Assembly: GCA_013115145.1 (NCBI GenBank)
Contig: JAAPAO010000010.1
Coordinates: 87,611-151,610, forward strand
Length of the DNA stretch: 64,000 nucleotides
Reading direction: 5' to 3'
Origin: Perkinsus chesapeaki ATCC PRA-425
Lineage: Eukaryota > Protista > Perkinsozoa
Shown one piece after another: positions 37,817 to 51,587 of this stretch (its first letter is position 1; each line of letters begins with the position of its first letter). The translations under genes and the position numbers were made by a program. Under the pieces are notes generated by a model. It did no database searches and was not told where the DNA came from. It saw nothing but the letters and a program-made list of their open reading frames with translations.

Positions 37817-39394
37817 ATGACCGTAAGAATTTATGAGGATGAGGACCCACGGCTTCCGGGCCGTCAGCTCAGTCCTGGGAGATAGTTAACTCGAATAGGG
37901 TAGCACAGCAGACCTTCCCCTCCTTAGCTGCTGACCTGAAGTTGCTGGTAGTATATTGTTGCATTTGGTGATGATATCCTGCCGAGTCTCCAGGGCATTC
38001 TACCAAAGTAGGGCCACAAGGCTTACTGTAGACGCCTCCTCGAGCAAGCGAGCAGTGACCTAATAACTGTATGGAGTCTCCCCAACAACACTCTTCGTTA
38101 CTCGAGGGATTATGCATTTCGTGATGATGCCCAAATTGCTTCGCTCCGCTTATTGTCCTTCGCAATCGAGCTAGATGCCCAACGTCTACTGTCAAATGAC
38201 GAGCATCGTTTTGAGCGTGCTGCAAAAACGTACGATAAATGCAGCGGAGCGAAGCACAGTGCTCACTCTTGTGAAGGTTAAAGTAGGCCTCTCATGCTTG
38301 ACCACCTCCTTGTTAACAGTCCTTCTAGCTTTCCCTGCTCGACAGTGGATACTATAGCATTATGGTCCGAACAGCGCTACTGGATGCGCTCGATGCGCGT
38401 GAGTTCTCCCTTGTAAAGTGATTCGGAAAGGAATGGCAGTTTACCAAGGACTCGCTGTCGCCAGGGCCCATTACGGTCAAGGACCTATCGGACAAACAGC
38501 TGAGAGTTTTGAAGATCTTAAAGAGCATCAATATTGTGAAGGATATCAGGGAAGTATGCATATTAACCCTCAAGTCTATGAAACCAAAATGAGAGAGAGA
38601 TTTAGACTTTCAGCTTCAGTAACGAGCTTGAAACTCTTAGACCTTAACTCAAGGTCTCAACCGCCTTCAGCTCCCCCCTACTATCGTACGCATGCACACC
38701 GTGACATAAGAGTGACGCATGCGCTCGACGAGCGCCTCTTTCCCACCAAAGCGTATGATAACACAAGCTTCGTCGTGTTTCACATACACTCCTTGATGGT
38801 TCAGCCCATGTCCGTCTCAAACTACCTTGGGCGGTGAGCAACGGAGACGAGCGAGAACCATCTTGACCGAGTGGCTACCCATTGTAAGACACTCGTTATC
38901 AGCATGGCTGATCGATAGTCCTCCCCCCACTAAATAGGGATAAACCTCCAATTTGCTCACTCATATTTGGCAATTCGTGAATACTCTCTCGGTACCGAAC
39001 CGAACTTCCCGACACTTGACCATGCTTGAGATGATGGCACAGCGGTATAATCAAGGTTGTTAGGATTTGCCTGCCGCTGCTGCCGGACTCCTCGAAACAC
39101 CCATATACTATATAGTGTACCCTCCTTATGACAGTTTTCGAAGGCTGCCAAGTGATCCCAGCAGCACCAATACCCTATTTTACCGATCATAGTACCTCGC
39201 CAGAGAAGCCCTCCCATCAGCCGCAGTCCAAAGCGCAGACGTGGACGTTGAATTTAAACGAGGGTTCGCATTCATATAAAGAGGGCTGGTTAACTCCCGA
39301 GGAACTGCCGTTAAACTCAAGACCAAGTAGATGCACCAAAGGGCGTTCAGACAAGCCAATCATGTGCTATAAATGGCAAAGCGCAGATGATTGA
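37817..39394 (+). CDS. Possible hypothetical multi-exon protein; boundaries approximate
   Basis: Protein-like plus-strand frames (MTVRIYEDEDPRL..., RLLEQASSDLITVWSLPNNTLRY..., 38418-38837, 39128-39394) with GT-AG flanks. Confidence 0.3.
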
Positions 39395-39439
39395 GAACAT
39401 TATCACCTACATGAAGACCAATACAATCCCCCCGCGGAA

Positions 39440-42400
39440 CTCAGACTAATATTACTAAAAATATAATCTTTTTAACCCTAATAGCCCTCTGCTCAGCTTC
39501 AACCTTCGCGGTATCTTCAGCCGTTTCTTTAGATATGCCCAACACCGCAATCTAAACATACCATTCCCCACCCTCAGACCTTTCTCTTACCCCTGATAGT
39601 GGCATCCTGAAGCACAATAAATAGCATTTACCAGACACAACAATGCTGTACTACATTTTTAAAGAAGGCAAAGCCTCCAGTCTACCGTCCGCCGTTTTGT
39701 ACTTCAACTGACCTGATGGCCAGCTGCTGACCTAAAGCCTTCTAGATGTAATCTAACCTTGGCTGCCGACGACTATGCCGCTGCTAATTAATGACGCATG
39801 GAGATTCTTAAGCTCATGGTCCCTCTCATGCATCCGAACTTTAAGCTTACGGTATCTAAAGGAAGAGCTATCGTAGAGCATACTTCGTATACTCGTCCAA
39901 TAGGGGAGAGTTATAAATATATATGTATGATGTACTGTTTGTTATATAATGTTAATAATGAGTATATATGATAATAATACACTGTATGTTATACAATGCC
40001 ATAATATATATCTATTTTGATGCTAAGTAATAATAAATGGCAAGTATCATACTATTATCCACCTTGACCATATCTGTCAAATCGCTGTGCAAATCGAGCC
40101 CTATCTCAGGTAAGTGTGCATTATGTACGAAATTCGCGTTTTGCCTTATGAGAGTCAAGTCAGCTCGCTACCACCCCCGACGTATCACTTTTTCAGGTAG
40201 TCCCTCTCCTTCGTGTGGTCACTGGAACTGGAGCTCTCCTAATGGTAGTAGGAAGCTTACCAGGAGGTGACTATGCTTCAACTTACCTTAGACGATGATT
40301 TATCATCATTCGATACTTTATCCTCGGTATCATGCCCTCGGGCCGGCTCTCCACCAGCAATACAGAGCAGATCCCCTACAACATATTACTTCTCCTATAC
40401 ACTATTATAGCTCATGTGAAGTGCTGCCCTAGATAGGATGGTCTATGTAACAAGCTCCCTAAAGGTATATACCACATTCAACATGATGCTTGAGGACGGT
40501 ATTATTGTACTATATATCTTCATACTACCCCTCGCAGGTGTATTACCCAGAGACGACGCTAAGACTGGCCGCAGTTATCTAGGGGATTGAGGGGATGGAT
40601 CAGCAGCTACAACTTATTCGAAGATGAATTGATCCAGTTCATCTTTTCAGCTATACTGCCCCGAAACGAATACCGTTGCCCCCTCCCTCCCCTCTCCAGT
40701 AGTACCCAAATCCTCCTCCTCCTCATCAAATTCCATCGCGAGTATAGCCCTATTCCTTGAATTACGCCTCATTTGCTCCCTAAGCTCTCCAGTAAGCTTT
40801 ACCGACCTTCTACCATCAACCATAGATGCTGGGGACTACAACAATCAGTCGCTCTCAACAGCAGCAGCACCACTACGAACACCCTACTTCCATCGGGGCA
40901 TCTGGGAATCCTTCTAGATCATCAAAAGACGACATTGAAACTGCCAAAAATGCCCCGTCCATCCCCAAACTGGTCAACACTACACGATGCGAAATACTAA
41001 GTACGTTACGGTAGCTATACTAGAGACCATTCACGGTTATAAAACTACCGCTTGTCATCATTGTGGTCACCATTACTACAACTGTGCTCTCCGTCTGCAG
41101 AGCTATTAGAGCGTGTTTCTTCCCCTTTTGGTGAGACGTCAAAGCTGTCTCGCCTCTCAGGGACGTCTCTTGCCTTCCTTAGCCGTCCATGGCCGCTTGC
41201 CTGGCTCCCCGTCTCCGCCAAGGGAGGCTCGTCTTCCTCATCGACGCTCATAGTGTCATCATCATCTTCCATTATACCATCTCCCTCAGAGGCAGTGGTG
41301 TCAGTTTCAGAATCACTGTCATCATCAAACTCATCATCGATTTCCCTATCGGACACAACAAACGAGTCGAGCGAGCTGTCCCCGTCCTCCTCCTCCTCTT
41401 GCCGTTTTATCCAAGCATCGACTACCTGAGCCAATCCATCCCCAGCTCACACTAGAGCCACCAGTAGGAGGACCTACACCCTCGGCAGCTGGGAACGTCG
41501 CGCAAATTGTCGTCCGAGCCTCTTGTTTGTTAGTGCAGGATGCCCTGGCAATATCAGCAAAGAATTCGGTACGAAGGATGGCACCTGAGCATTCGCTACG
41601 TGTGCCAGTGATCTTTGGACACAACAGCTAACTAGGGGCCTACATACAGACCGAATTCTACATACATTCGACTGCCGTTCAACTGCCCGCAGTAACCACA
41701 ACCCGAATTCTCCTTCCCATAGCAGCAAGATTCCTACCGTAAACCACATCCCAAACGTCCCACGATTGACCTAAACTACTCGTCGCGGGTTAAGTTGTCG
41801 AATTCCCTTTCGTAAGACATCAGATCTCAGCTCAGCAAGTAATGCAAGTAGGAGATGGCGAAACTTGCATCCCTTTTCCACATAGCTTACTCAAGCAAGC
41901 ATTTGATTCCTCTTCCTCTGATGGATGGTACATTCGCCTCACCATCGCCACCATTTCCTCAACAGTATCACAGGCGTTCTCAACCAGCTCCCAAACAAGC
42001 CTCCTGGCCTCCTCTACAGTGAGGTTGTAAGGGGGCCCTCTCAATGTGTAAAGGGACGAGTCCTTCACACTAACCAAACCCGACCCAACCAAATCGGCGA
42101 AGCTCGATACAAAATCACCGTCGAAGCTCGGATCCTTCATTCCCATGCACATAAACTGCATCTTTTGTCTGTTCGAAATGCAAGCTCCGAGCCCTTCATA
42201 AAACTCAGGTGATTTGAGATGGCCATAAAGGACCAATTCGTGACTGACTGCTCGTAGAAGCTCTGGGCCAGCGTGCGGCTTTCGGCCTCTTAACTCGTTT
42301 ACCAAAGCCTGAATTAATGTACCTGGGCTGAGCTACTATAACCCATAGCCCATAGCTGATGCACTTACCTAAATGATGGCTTCCTGGTGGAAGCAGCCCA

Positions 42401-42444
42401 GTCTCTGATCCTTCCTCGCTACCACCATCATCATCTGGCAACAT
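39440..42444 (-). CDS. Hypothetical multi-exon protein with an acidic central region; boundaries approximate
   Basis: Start MLPDDDGGSEEG, with open exons 41832-42305 and the Asp/Glu-rich 41045-41434. No family recognised. Confidence 0.4.
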
Positions 42445-44481
42445 GAATGTAGACAGAGCCACCACAGTAGTAGCATTGAATAACGCCCTTAATAGAGCTA
42501 GTGGGAGAAGGCTATCGGCTCACATCACTGACTATTACGAGATTTTCTTTAGTCATCATTTTCTATTAGTATTGATGCTACATGTTTTTTGTTCCAACTA
42601 GCACACACAAGGTTTAGGAGGCACACCAAGCTGAACCCCCCATACCATCCCAAGTAGCGCATCACCAGCAGGACTTCTACTACCACCAGATGCCTCTACA
42701 TGATGGAAGCCCCGTTATAAGCAATACAGAGACACATGCCCGCTGAGGTATACCTACCTTTCGCTGCGGATGTTGAAAACTTTACCGCTGCTCGTTGCAC
42801 ACTCCTAACTGCAAAGTCAAACTCTATCTGAATGATCTCGTGAAAACTCAAGGGAGCCGTAGTCGATTCTGCTGTTGTTGTCGGCATGGAGGTCGTCCCT
42901 GCTGCGAAGTAGCTACAGTATTGGAAAACACAAGGAGTATAAATTAAGAAAACGTAATGAAGAATATTGGTAATGATGATAGTACAGATTAACAAATGGC
43001 AGGCCAACAGCTGCGGACTTTTCGACGATGTTACGCTCAGCATTACTAATGTTGTTGCTGAATATATACTATTAGGCCGGGGCATCAGCATCACCAGTAG
43101 CAGCAGCACAAGCAGTAGTACCGTATGTGTAGGAGCATCATCATCAACAACAGAAGTATTATACAGCGGAAGCGACCACAATATCGGCGGCACAAGAAGG
43201 AGGAGAGGGGAATTGGTGGATACAAACTAATAGAGCTGCCCAAGCTGCTGCTGCTACTTTTTTGGTGATACTTGTTTTTGTAATCATAACTACTGATGAC
43301 TATAATGAATCTGATACATATGTACGTACAAGTCGAGGATGATGGTGACTTTGACTGTAAGTAAAAATAACACCAACGGCATCGCCAGAATAATAATTGT
43401 TAATAGCACTTCATAAAGAAGTTACAGAATCCAACACAATCCACCTCAACAACAACAACATCATCATCACTCTACTACGGTCTCAATACTCTCCATTATC
43501 ATTACAACAACAACGACGATGACGATAACAACAACAACAAAGACTCTTCACACACACCAAGAACAGAGGGAGTTATACAACAACAACGATGGTGGTGGTG
43601 ATGATGATGATAAAAATAATGGATGTAGTAGCGATGATGATGATGCTAATAATCACAACAACGATGACAAGACTACATAACGCCTTCATTGACGACGACC
43701 TTCGATACGACACATTACATATATTCGGGGCCTGCAAAATGGCACCAACACTGCGACTACGTACAGCAGCAACAGTAACAACAATGATAAGAGAAGGAGA
43801 AGGAGGAAAGACGCCTACAAGAATAGTGATAACGATGCTCATGCTGCTGGTGGTGGTAATGATTATGCGCTGCGGCTGCTGAAGGTGATGATGACATACA
43901 ACATCATCAGTACTGGCTATTAGTCTCATACTGTCTGAATATATTAACAATACCACGAGGGACTCGAGACAGCAACAACAAAAACAACAGCAGCAACAGC
44001 AAAAAGGTATTGTTGATGATGATAAGCTTTCTAATGATAACAACAATAGCAGTACTGATAAACCGGTATTAATACATCAACATGAACATATACCAGCGAT
44101 CGATTATGCGGCTGCTATTGCGGCTCCCTAGTAGTAATGATTATGGTACAAGAGGGCAAGAGGGAATGAACGCATTCTTACCAAGTTAAACAACAATGGC
44201 ATAAGGAGAGGTGAAATAGGCGTTTTACAACAACAAGTACACATCGACAACAATGGTCGACTATAACACCGTCGTCATCACCATCATCATCAGTAAGAAT
44301 AGAAGAAGTTGTAGCGGAGTAGGCCACAAGAGCGATCCAGTGGTATAGAACATACTCCACATGGAACAGAAAAGCCCTGGGCTCTCGCACTTGACTAATA
44401 GGTCACTAAGAGACCGTCTATTACGGAAACCTCATCTGGTAAGAACGGTGGTGGTGATGATGATGATGATGATGATGATGT

Positions 44482-46897
44482 CTACTCTCCTCGCCCCTCT
44501 GGCCTAGGAGCACCACATCCTCGTTTATTGCAGAATGTCCTGCGAGGATAGTTTAAATTACCACATTCAAGGCATCTGAAGAATATGCAATGATGATACA
44601 TCTGCTGCTGCTGCTGCTGAGGATAATAATGCATAATCAACTAAACTTACGTCCAGCACCCCTCGGGTATAGAAGAACCCATACCGCTACGAGGAGGGCG
44701 ATCCAGCTGCTGCTGATGCTGCGGTCCTCCTGCTGCCACCCTTTGATGATGATGATGCTGCTGCTGCAGTAGGATATCCTGTCCACCGCTGCTCAGCTGT
44801 GGTGCTACCGATGATGATATAAGCTGCTGGGCTTGATGCTGTTGTTGTTGCCCTAATGGTGTTGAAGGCATAACGATGTTCCCACCAGGATAGGCCAATG
44901 TAGTAGGAATGTTACCAGACATCAGTTGCTGTGCGTATGTGGGATCAACCTGTCAGCAATAGCAGAATAAACAAGCGTAGTAAATAGCTGCCGTACTATT
45001 TCTACCTCATAACGTGGGCGTTTGCAATGATGACCATTGCAGAAAAGCCTATGTGGATAGTTAACATTATTACATGCTGAGCAGACCCAGCTTCCAGGTA
45101 CTAACAAAACTCGCACTTTAACAACGGACCCGCCGCCGCCCCCAACCCACCTGCAGCTTGTTGTTGTTGCTGCTGCTGCATTCCTTCTCGGTTTATATTC
45201 CCCCCACCACCACCCTGTAGCTGTTGGCCTGTAGCCATAGAAAAATCAGGGGGTAACATACCATACTGCGCAGCAGAAGCTCCACTACCAGCTCCTGCTG
45301 CTGCGACAACAGGGCTACCCCTCATCAACAAACTGGCAGCTGCAGCTGCACGCTGCTGTTGACCTATTACAGGCATCACCAAACTCAAGCACCAGCCAAC
45401 AGGCAACTCCCCTCACTTTGATTGTATGCATCCATCATAGATTGAGCTGCTTGTTGCGGTTGTTGTTGCTGTTGCTGCTGCAGCTGTGCCAACTCCATCG
45501 CTCTCCGACTGAGAGTGATTCCCTAACACTTCCAGCAATGATGTTATTACTTAAACAGTAGAGCTTGTGTTTGAGAATCCATCGGACGCGGCAGGCCACA
45601 TTTCCTCATATTGCAAACGAAGCGATTTCTATAGTTCAGATTACCGCAGACGCACCGCCATTCGCTCAGCGGTCGAGGAGCCTATACAACGCACAAAATG
45701 ATGTGGTCTCATACCGACACTTCCGCTATCTACCTGGCATTTATGCATATTGCAAAAAAGCCTGTTGGCATAGTTAATGTTGCCACATTGCTCACACTGC
45801 CAGCTACCCTCAGCTTGTCTAGCTCTGGCTGACTCGGGTGTAGCACTAGGATCTATACTTGTACCCAAATGATGCCCCCCTGCCTGCTGCTGCTGTTGTT
45901 GTTGTAAGCCCCCAAGAGCTGAGTTCTGGTATATCAACGTATTTGACCCTATTTAAATCATTCAATATCACAATAACAAATAACAACAACAAACCTCACC
46001 TTTCCTTCCATCGCTGCTATGAAACCCTCCGGCAGCAGCAGCAGCCAACTGTTGAGCTGCTGCTGCTGCTCCAGCTTCAAATCCAACATTCTGCTGCTGC
46101 AGCAGCAGCTGCTGTTGCTGTGATACTCCAGCCCCCCCTGCAGTAGCAGCTCCCATCATCTGTTGGAGCGCAGACGCTCCTCTATCCGCAACAAGCTGCT
46201 GCTGTTGTTCCTGTCTTTGACGCAACATCTACATGAAACGGATCCGCTATCACCTTGTCCTCCCTTACCCTACTACTACCATTAGTCTTTGCTGTTGTTG
46301 TTGCATTATTAATAGCCTTTGCTGCTCAACTTGCCGTTGCTGCTCAGCGGCAGCAGCTGCTGCAAAGCCCTGTCCTTCGGTCCCATCATCATCGTCGTTA
46401 TCATCGTCCATCGAATAATGTTGTTCTTGTTGTTGCGGCTCATTTACTTCTTCCTTATCTTGCTGCTCCTCATGCTCACCATTACTATTATTACCATCAG
46501 ACCCACTACCATTACTGAGACCCTCCTCAAAGACACCAGTAGACTCGCTCAAATGGCGTAGCTGATCTACAGCCACCACCATCGAAGAAGAAGCAGCAGC
46601 ACTATTATCCCCATGCTGTTGCTCGTCTTCTTCTTCTCCTTGTTGTTGTTGGTTCCCAGGTACATCCCTTAACCGTGAAGCCACAGCCCCACCAGAGCCT
46701 ACCGCTGTTGTTACCGCTGCATATGGCATTCTCGAGGCAGAATAGAGATGACCAGCAGCGATCGGGTCATTAACGCCGCCGCCCCCAACGCCATGCTCGT
46801 TGGTGGTGGTAGGACCCTCTCCTCCCCTCACTGTGCCCTCCCTCGATGATAGGATAGCAGCCGTCTGAGACTGATGATAAGTTGACGCTTTTTGCAT
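44482..46897 (-). CDS. RanBP2-type zinc-finger protein (3 fingers) with polyQ/polyA low-complexity linkers
   Basis: WQCEQCGNINYANRLFCNMHKC, WVCSACNNVNYPHRLFCNGHHC and WT|CLECGNLNYPRRTFCNKRGC follow the W-x-C-x2-C-x3-N-x6-C pattern. Confidence 0.85.
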
Positions 46898-47069
46898 ACG
46901 GACGACCACTACGACTAATAACAAATGTAACTACAATACTGGAAAAACAACAACAGCTTAATCCCTACCACTCTTCCGCCAGATCCCATAATAACACGAC
47001 ACTTCGCTCGCCCACCTGCACGAAAATGGAAACCACTATGGTCCAACAATTGCACTATCATCCTTATCA

Positions 47070-48797
47070 TTGAACGTTCCAAGAGAGCCATCGCCTCGGC
47101 AAGTGCCAAGCCTACCAATTAGGGGTAGTATGAGAGGAGGATTTGACGGAAAGTTGGTATCGATTGAAGACGCGGAGCTGAGGCTTGGCAGACTGAAACG
47201 GGAGAATGCCCTTTTGCAAAGACAACTAGGAATCTTGCTCGCCGCCAAAGCAGTAGGGGATCTACATAACCATATATTGGAAAGGAAGCAAAGACCAGAG
47301 CCTGAGGAATATATTAATAGAATGGTCAACGAGCTTAGCGGAGCGATGCTGCAGCAGAAGAGGAAGGGAAAAATAAAGTCCACTACTAGAGACAGAAGTG
47401 GAGAGCAACATCGAAACAAAGACGATAGTACTGAAATAGAAGACAATAGAAATAGGTCGAAAGATACTTCTAGTAAGAGAGATGGTCATAGAGGGAGGTC
47501 GAAAGATACTTCTAGTAAGAGAGATGGCCATAGAAGTAGGTCAAAAGATACTTCTAGTAAGAGAGATGGCCATAGAAGTAGGTCAAAAGATACTTCTAGT
47601 AAGAGAGATGGCCATAGANNNNNNNNNNNNNNNNNNNNNNNNNNNNNNNNNNNNNNNNNNNNNNNNNNNNNNNNNNNNNNNNNNNNNNNNNNNNNNNNNN
47701 NNNNNNNNNNNNNNNNGAAGTAGGTCGAAAGATACTTCTAGTAAGAGAGATGGCCATANNNNNNNNNNNNNNNNNNNNNNNNNNNNNNNNNNNNNNNNNN
47801 NNNNNNNNNNNNNNNNNNNNNNNNNNNNNNNNNNNNNNNNNNNNNNNNNNNNNNNCAAAAAGATACTTCTAGTAAGAGAGATGGCCATAGAAGTAGGTCG
47901 AAAGATACTTCTAGTAAGAGAGATGGCCATAGAAGTAGGTCAAAAGATACTTCTAGTAAGAGAGATGGCCATAGAAGTAGGTCGAAAGATACTTCTAGTA
48001 AGAGAGATGGCCATAGGAGTAGGTCGAAAGATACTTCTAGTAAGAGAGATGGCCATAGAAGTAAACATGAGCGGCGAGAGGAAGAACTTGTGGAGCAGGA
48101 AAGATCCTCGTCGAGTAATGAGATACCGGTGAGGCACGCAGACGATAGGCGAGTAGGAGTGGCAGACCTTATGGGGCATTTAAAAGATAGAATGGCTAAG
48201 GTGAAGGATAACAAAGATGTCAGGCCTTTGAAGAATGATACTAGCAAACTCGAGGGTAGGAGGAGACACCGGTCAAAAATGACGGACAGGCCCAAGCGAC
48301 ATAATAAAGGGAGGTCGAAGGCAGCTGAGAGAGAAGTAGCAATTGTCGAGGAACCCCAAGCGACCTTCAGGGAATCTAATGAAGCCGCGTCGCACTCTAA
48401 ACTGGATTGTGACCTGAAGAGCGGGACAGAACAGGGGACAACTATAGTCGATCGGTTAACCGATATAGCATCTTCACTCCTCCCGAGTAGTCGTTATCCA
48501 GCCCAACCTACAGCACAGGATATGCCCTCTAATAACGTTCCTGACTATGGGCCTCAACAAACCAAAGAGGATGCGCTTAAAGTTTCATCGCAAAAAGCGA
48601 GCAACGCGGTGACTGCTCCACCAGTGGCACGTCACATCGAACGACACGACCTTCCCTTCATGCCGGACTTACCACCATTCAAGCCAGGTGAATTTACAAT
48701 ATGGAAAGAAGAGCAAGCCCGGAAAGCTATGATACGAGCAAGAGCGTTGGCCTTAGCCGGAAATAAGAAAGGAGAATCATCATCCGACTCTGATTGA
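47070..48797 (+). CDS. Hypothetical Arg/Ser/Lys-rich repeat protein spanning two assembly gaps; start uncertain
   Basis: Open frames flank the N-runs. A coiled-coil-like N-part is followed by the RSRSKDTSSKRDGH array and a unique C-terminus ending at 48797. Confidence 0.6.
47448..48062 (+). repeat. 42-bp coding minisatellite (RSRSKDTSSKRDGH), at least 9 units visible, interrupted by N gaps 47619-47716 and 47759-47855
   Basis: The unit agaagtaggtcRaaagatacttctagtaagagagatggccat is repeated in tandem. Confidence 0.95.
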
Positions 48798-49121
48798 CAT
48801 GCCTACTGCTTTGTGCGCCGCTGTCAGTGTCTTGCGCTGCACATAATACTTTGGTAATGGCAAGGCTTTAACAGCTTAGATGCACTTTATATAACAGGAT
48901 TTTAAGGAAACAATACTATTTAGGCTTCCCTCACGCCGTTGACCATCAATTCAATGAGGAACTGTAATACCGTCGCAGAGAACGCGTCACGCTCTACTGA
49001 CTTGTTTGAGAAAATGCAAGATTAGCAAGATTAGAAAGATTTTGTATGGTGATGCTGCTGCTGGTTCTTCTTCTTCTTCTTCTTCCTTTTACTGATCGGT
49101 GAAGGTCATCCTTTTAATATA

Positions 49122-51409
49122 ATGTCTCGAGCTATCCTTCAAGTATTTGAAGAATATCAGCAGTCTCGTGTGACTTTTGTTCAGACAGTTGCTGACTTGG
49201 CTAGTAGACCTCAAAATATTGATACTCTACAAAATGCAGGTAGATACTAAATAGGTCAACCTTACCCAAGGTATCTCTCGTAGGCGTTATGGCCCTATTA
49301 AGGCCGCTTCTCCTCGATAACGTTGCATCGATTCAGCAAAGTGCCGCCTTGGCTCTCGGACGTACCTAGCCCTTGAGCTTGCCATGCCCATTGCTACCCC
49401 CAGGTTTGGCCAACTACTCAGATGAGCTCGCGGAGTCTGTTGTTACCCATGAGATACTACCGCAGCTAGTTCATGGTTTAGGGCAACAGAATAGGTAATT
49501 AGACGAGGTTGACCGTGCTTTTATAACGGTTATTAGATTCTTCAAGAAGGCAGCAGCGTTTGTGCTAAGAGCAGTCGCAAAGCACTCGCCACAGCTAGCT
49601 CAGGCTGTGGTCGACTCTGGTACCGCCCGCTGCTTCCTCCCTTTCGCTAACTTTATTATATAGGAGCCTTGGAGTCGCTAGTAGAGTGCCTAGAAGACTT
49701 TGACCCCTCTGTCAAGGAAGCTTCAGCTTGGGCTTTGGGGTCATGCTAACCTTTTGCTACCTATCATCATCACCGCCTTAGTTACATCGCTCGTCACACC
49801 AAGGAGCTCGCCTTAGCCGTCGTCGATGCTGGGGCTGTCCCTTTATTGGTGATATAGTGATCCCCTTGTCATTTAGGTCTATAATAGGTATTATGCTTCC
49901 AAGAGCCTGAATTAACATTAAAGAGGATGTCAGCGAGTGCATTGGCCGATATATCTAAGCACACACCAGAGCTAGCTCAAACTGTAGTGGAGTTTGCCCG
50001 GCTTATATCAGGGAATGGTTAGGTAGTTGATGCTGGAGCAGTGTCATTGATGGCTCGAGAATTGGGGCATGCGGACAGCGGTCTCAAGCGGCAAGTGTGC
50101 TCCTGTCTGGGACAGGTCGCTAAGCATAACGTAGACCTTGCTGAGGTAGTGCGGGGAAGGGCGGATCTTGCTTGGGTTCATGTGCGGCTGTCTCTAGGTC
50201 GTGGTTGAAGCTGAGATATTCCCGAGGATATTACACTGTCTTAAGGATGTTAATGAATATGTGATAAAGATTCCCAGGTTGAAATTGGAGAAAGATACTT
50301 TATAGGTTCGTAAAAATGCCGCTACCTGTATCAGAGAGGTTGCCAGACATACCCCAGATCTTGCTAAGGTATCATTGCCTGCCTCTCTTATATTAAGGCT
50401 TGTCCTCAGCTCATTGTTAATGCTGGTGGAGTGGCCGCCGTCGTGGACTACATCACCGAGGCTCGGGGCAACAACAGGCTTCCTGGGATCATGACTCTAG
50501 GGTACACCTTCAGCGCCGCCGGTCTCGCGGTGGGGTAATAGGGGTGTCCTCAGGTTCATCGCGGCGTTCAGTGAGACTTTGGCGTTAGCAGTGATAGTAT
50601 CCAAAGGGATACCGCCCTTGAAAGATGGTAGTATCTCCTTTACATAGCTAGTATGGGTATTGGCCTTGTAGCACTAATTAATGAGCCAGAGGACCATCTT
50701 AAGGCGGCAAGTGCCTGGTGAGATGCACCCGCGAGGGACTGGGTTACCGTGGCGATTAGGTCCCTTGGTCAAATTGGAAGGCACTCCCCTGATCACGCAC
50801 GTGCCTTAGCCGAGGCAGACGTCCTTCGAAGGTGGCCGTATCTTTGGCTGGTCCGAGCAACTTGCTGGTCTCATCAGGTTACTGGCAGTGTATCTTCACC
50901 AGGATTCATCGGAGGACTTGAAGATCAAGGCCAAGAGGGCTTTGAAAGCCGTCATACAGAAATGCACCCACTTACCCGCTTTGGAACCGCTGCTCCAGGT
51001 GAAGGTGTGCAAGTCGGGGGTGACTAGGATTCCTGCTGTTTGTAGGAGGCTCCAGCAAACATACAGAAGTATGTGGTGCACCAGTTCGCGAAGGTATTGC
51101 CTAACGACCTTCAAGCTCGAAGGAGCTTTGTCCAATCTGGTGGGCTACAGAAGGTGAAGCTGCTGCTCTTCCAGATGGCTGTTGATGCCGGTCTGGACAG
51201 GTTCAGGAAATTAACGCGGAAGTTGGTTCGCAGCTTAGGGATTACATTGACCAGGTTAATCAAATGTAAGCATCAGCAACAGCATGAAAGATACGGCCAA
51301 GGCCGAGCGCCGCCGGGGCAGGTATCCTCCTGAGATCGTTAATTATTATTCTCCGAACTATCCGGAGCAGTTGTTACGGAAGTTGGAGGAATACACCCCA
51401 GCTGCATAG
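49122..51409 (+). CDS. SPAG6: Sperm-associated antigen 6 / PF16 (armadillo-repeat central-pair flagellar protein), many short introns
   Basis: MSRAILQVFEEYQQSRVTFVQTVADLASRPQNIDTLQNAG|VMALLRPLLLDNV..., AKHSPQLAQAVVD, and the ending YPPEIVNYYSPNYPEQLLRKLEEY. Confidence 0.96.
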
Positions 51410-51438
51410 GCAGCATCAGCAGCATGCCTTGTTGTGGA

Positions 51439-51530
51439 GTGGTGGTGTCCATTGAAGAATGAAGTACTGTTGTGTTAATGGGGTGGTGGTGTCCATTGAA
51501 GAATGAAGTACTGTTGTGTTAATGGGGTGG
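51439..51530 (+). repeat. Two tandem copies of a 44-bp unit in the SPAG6-PP2C intergenic region
   Basis: gtggtggtgtccattgaagaatgaagtactgttgtgttaatggg occurs at 51439 and 51483. Confidence 0.85.
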
Positions 51531-51587
51531 TGGTGGTGGTATTGGCACTTTATATATAGTTGTATTAATAGTTATAAGTATTTAGAA

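Noticed and set aside
47448-48062. CRISPR-like array
   Set aside because: The units are contiguous with no spacers, in a eukaryotic coding context.
47262-48295. Alternative-frame repeat ORFs (MAISLTRSIF..., WPSLLLEVSFDLLL, KILLVREMAIEVG)
   Set aside because: These are shadows of the 42-bp minisatellite in other frames. Only the RSRSKD frame connects to unique flanking coding sequence.
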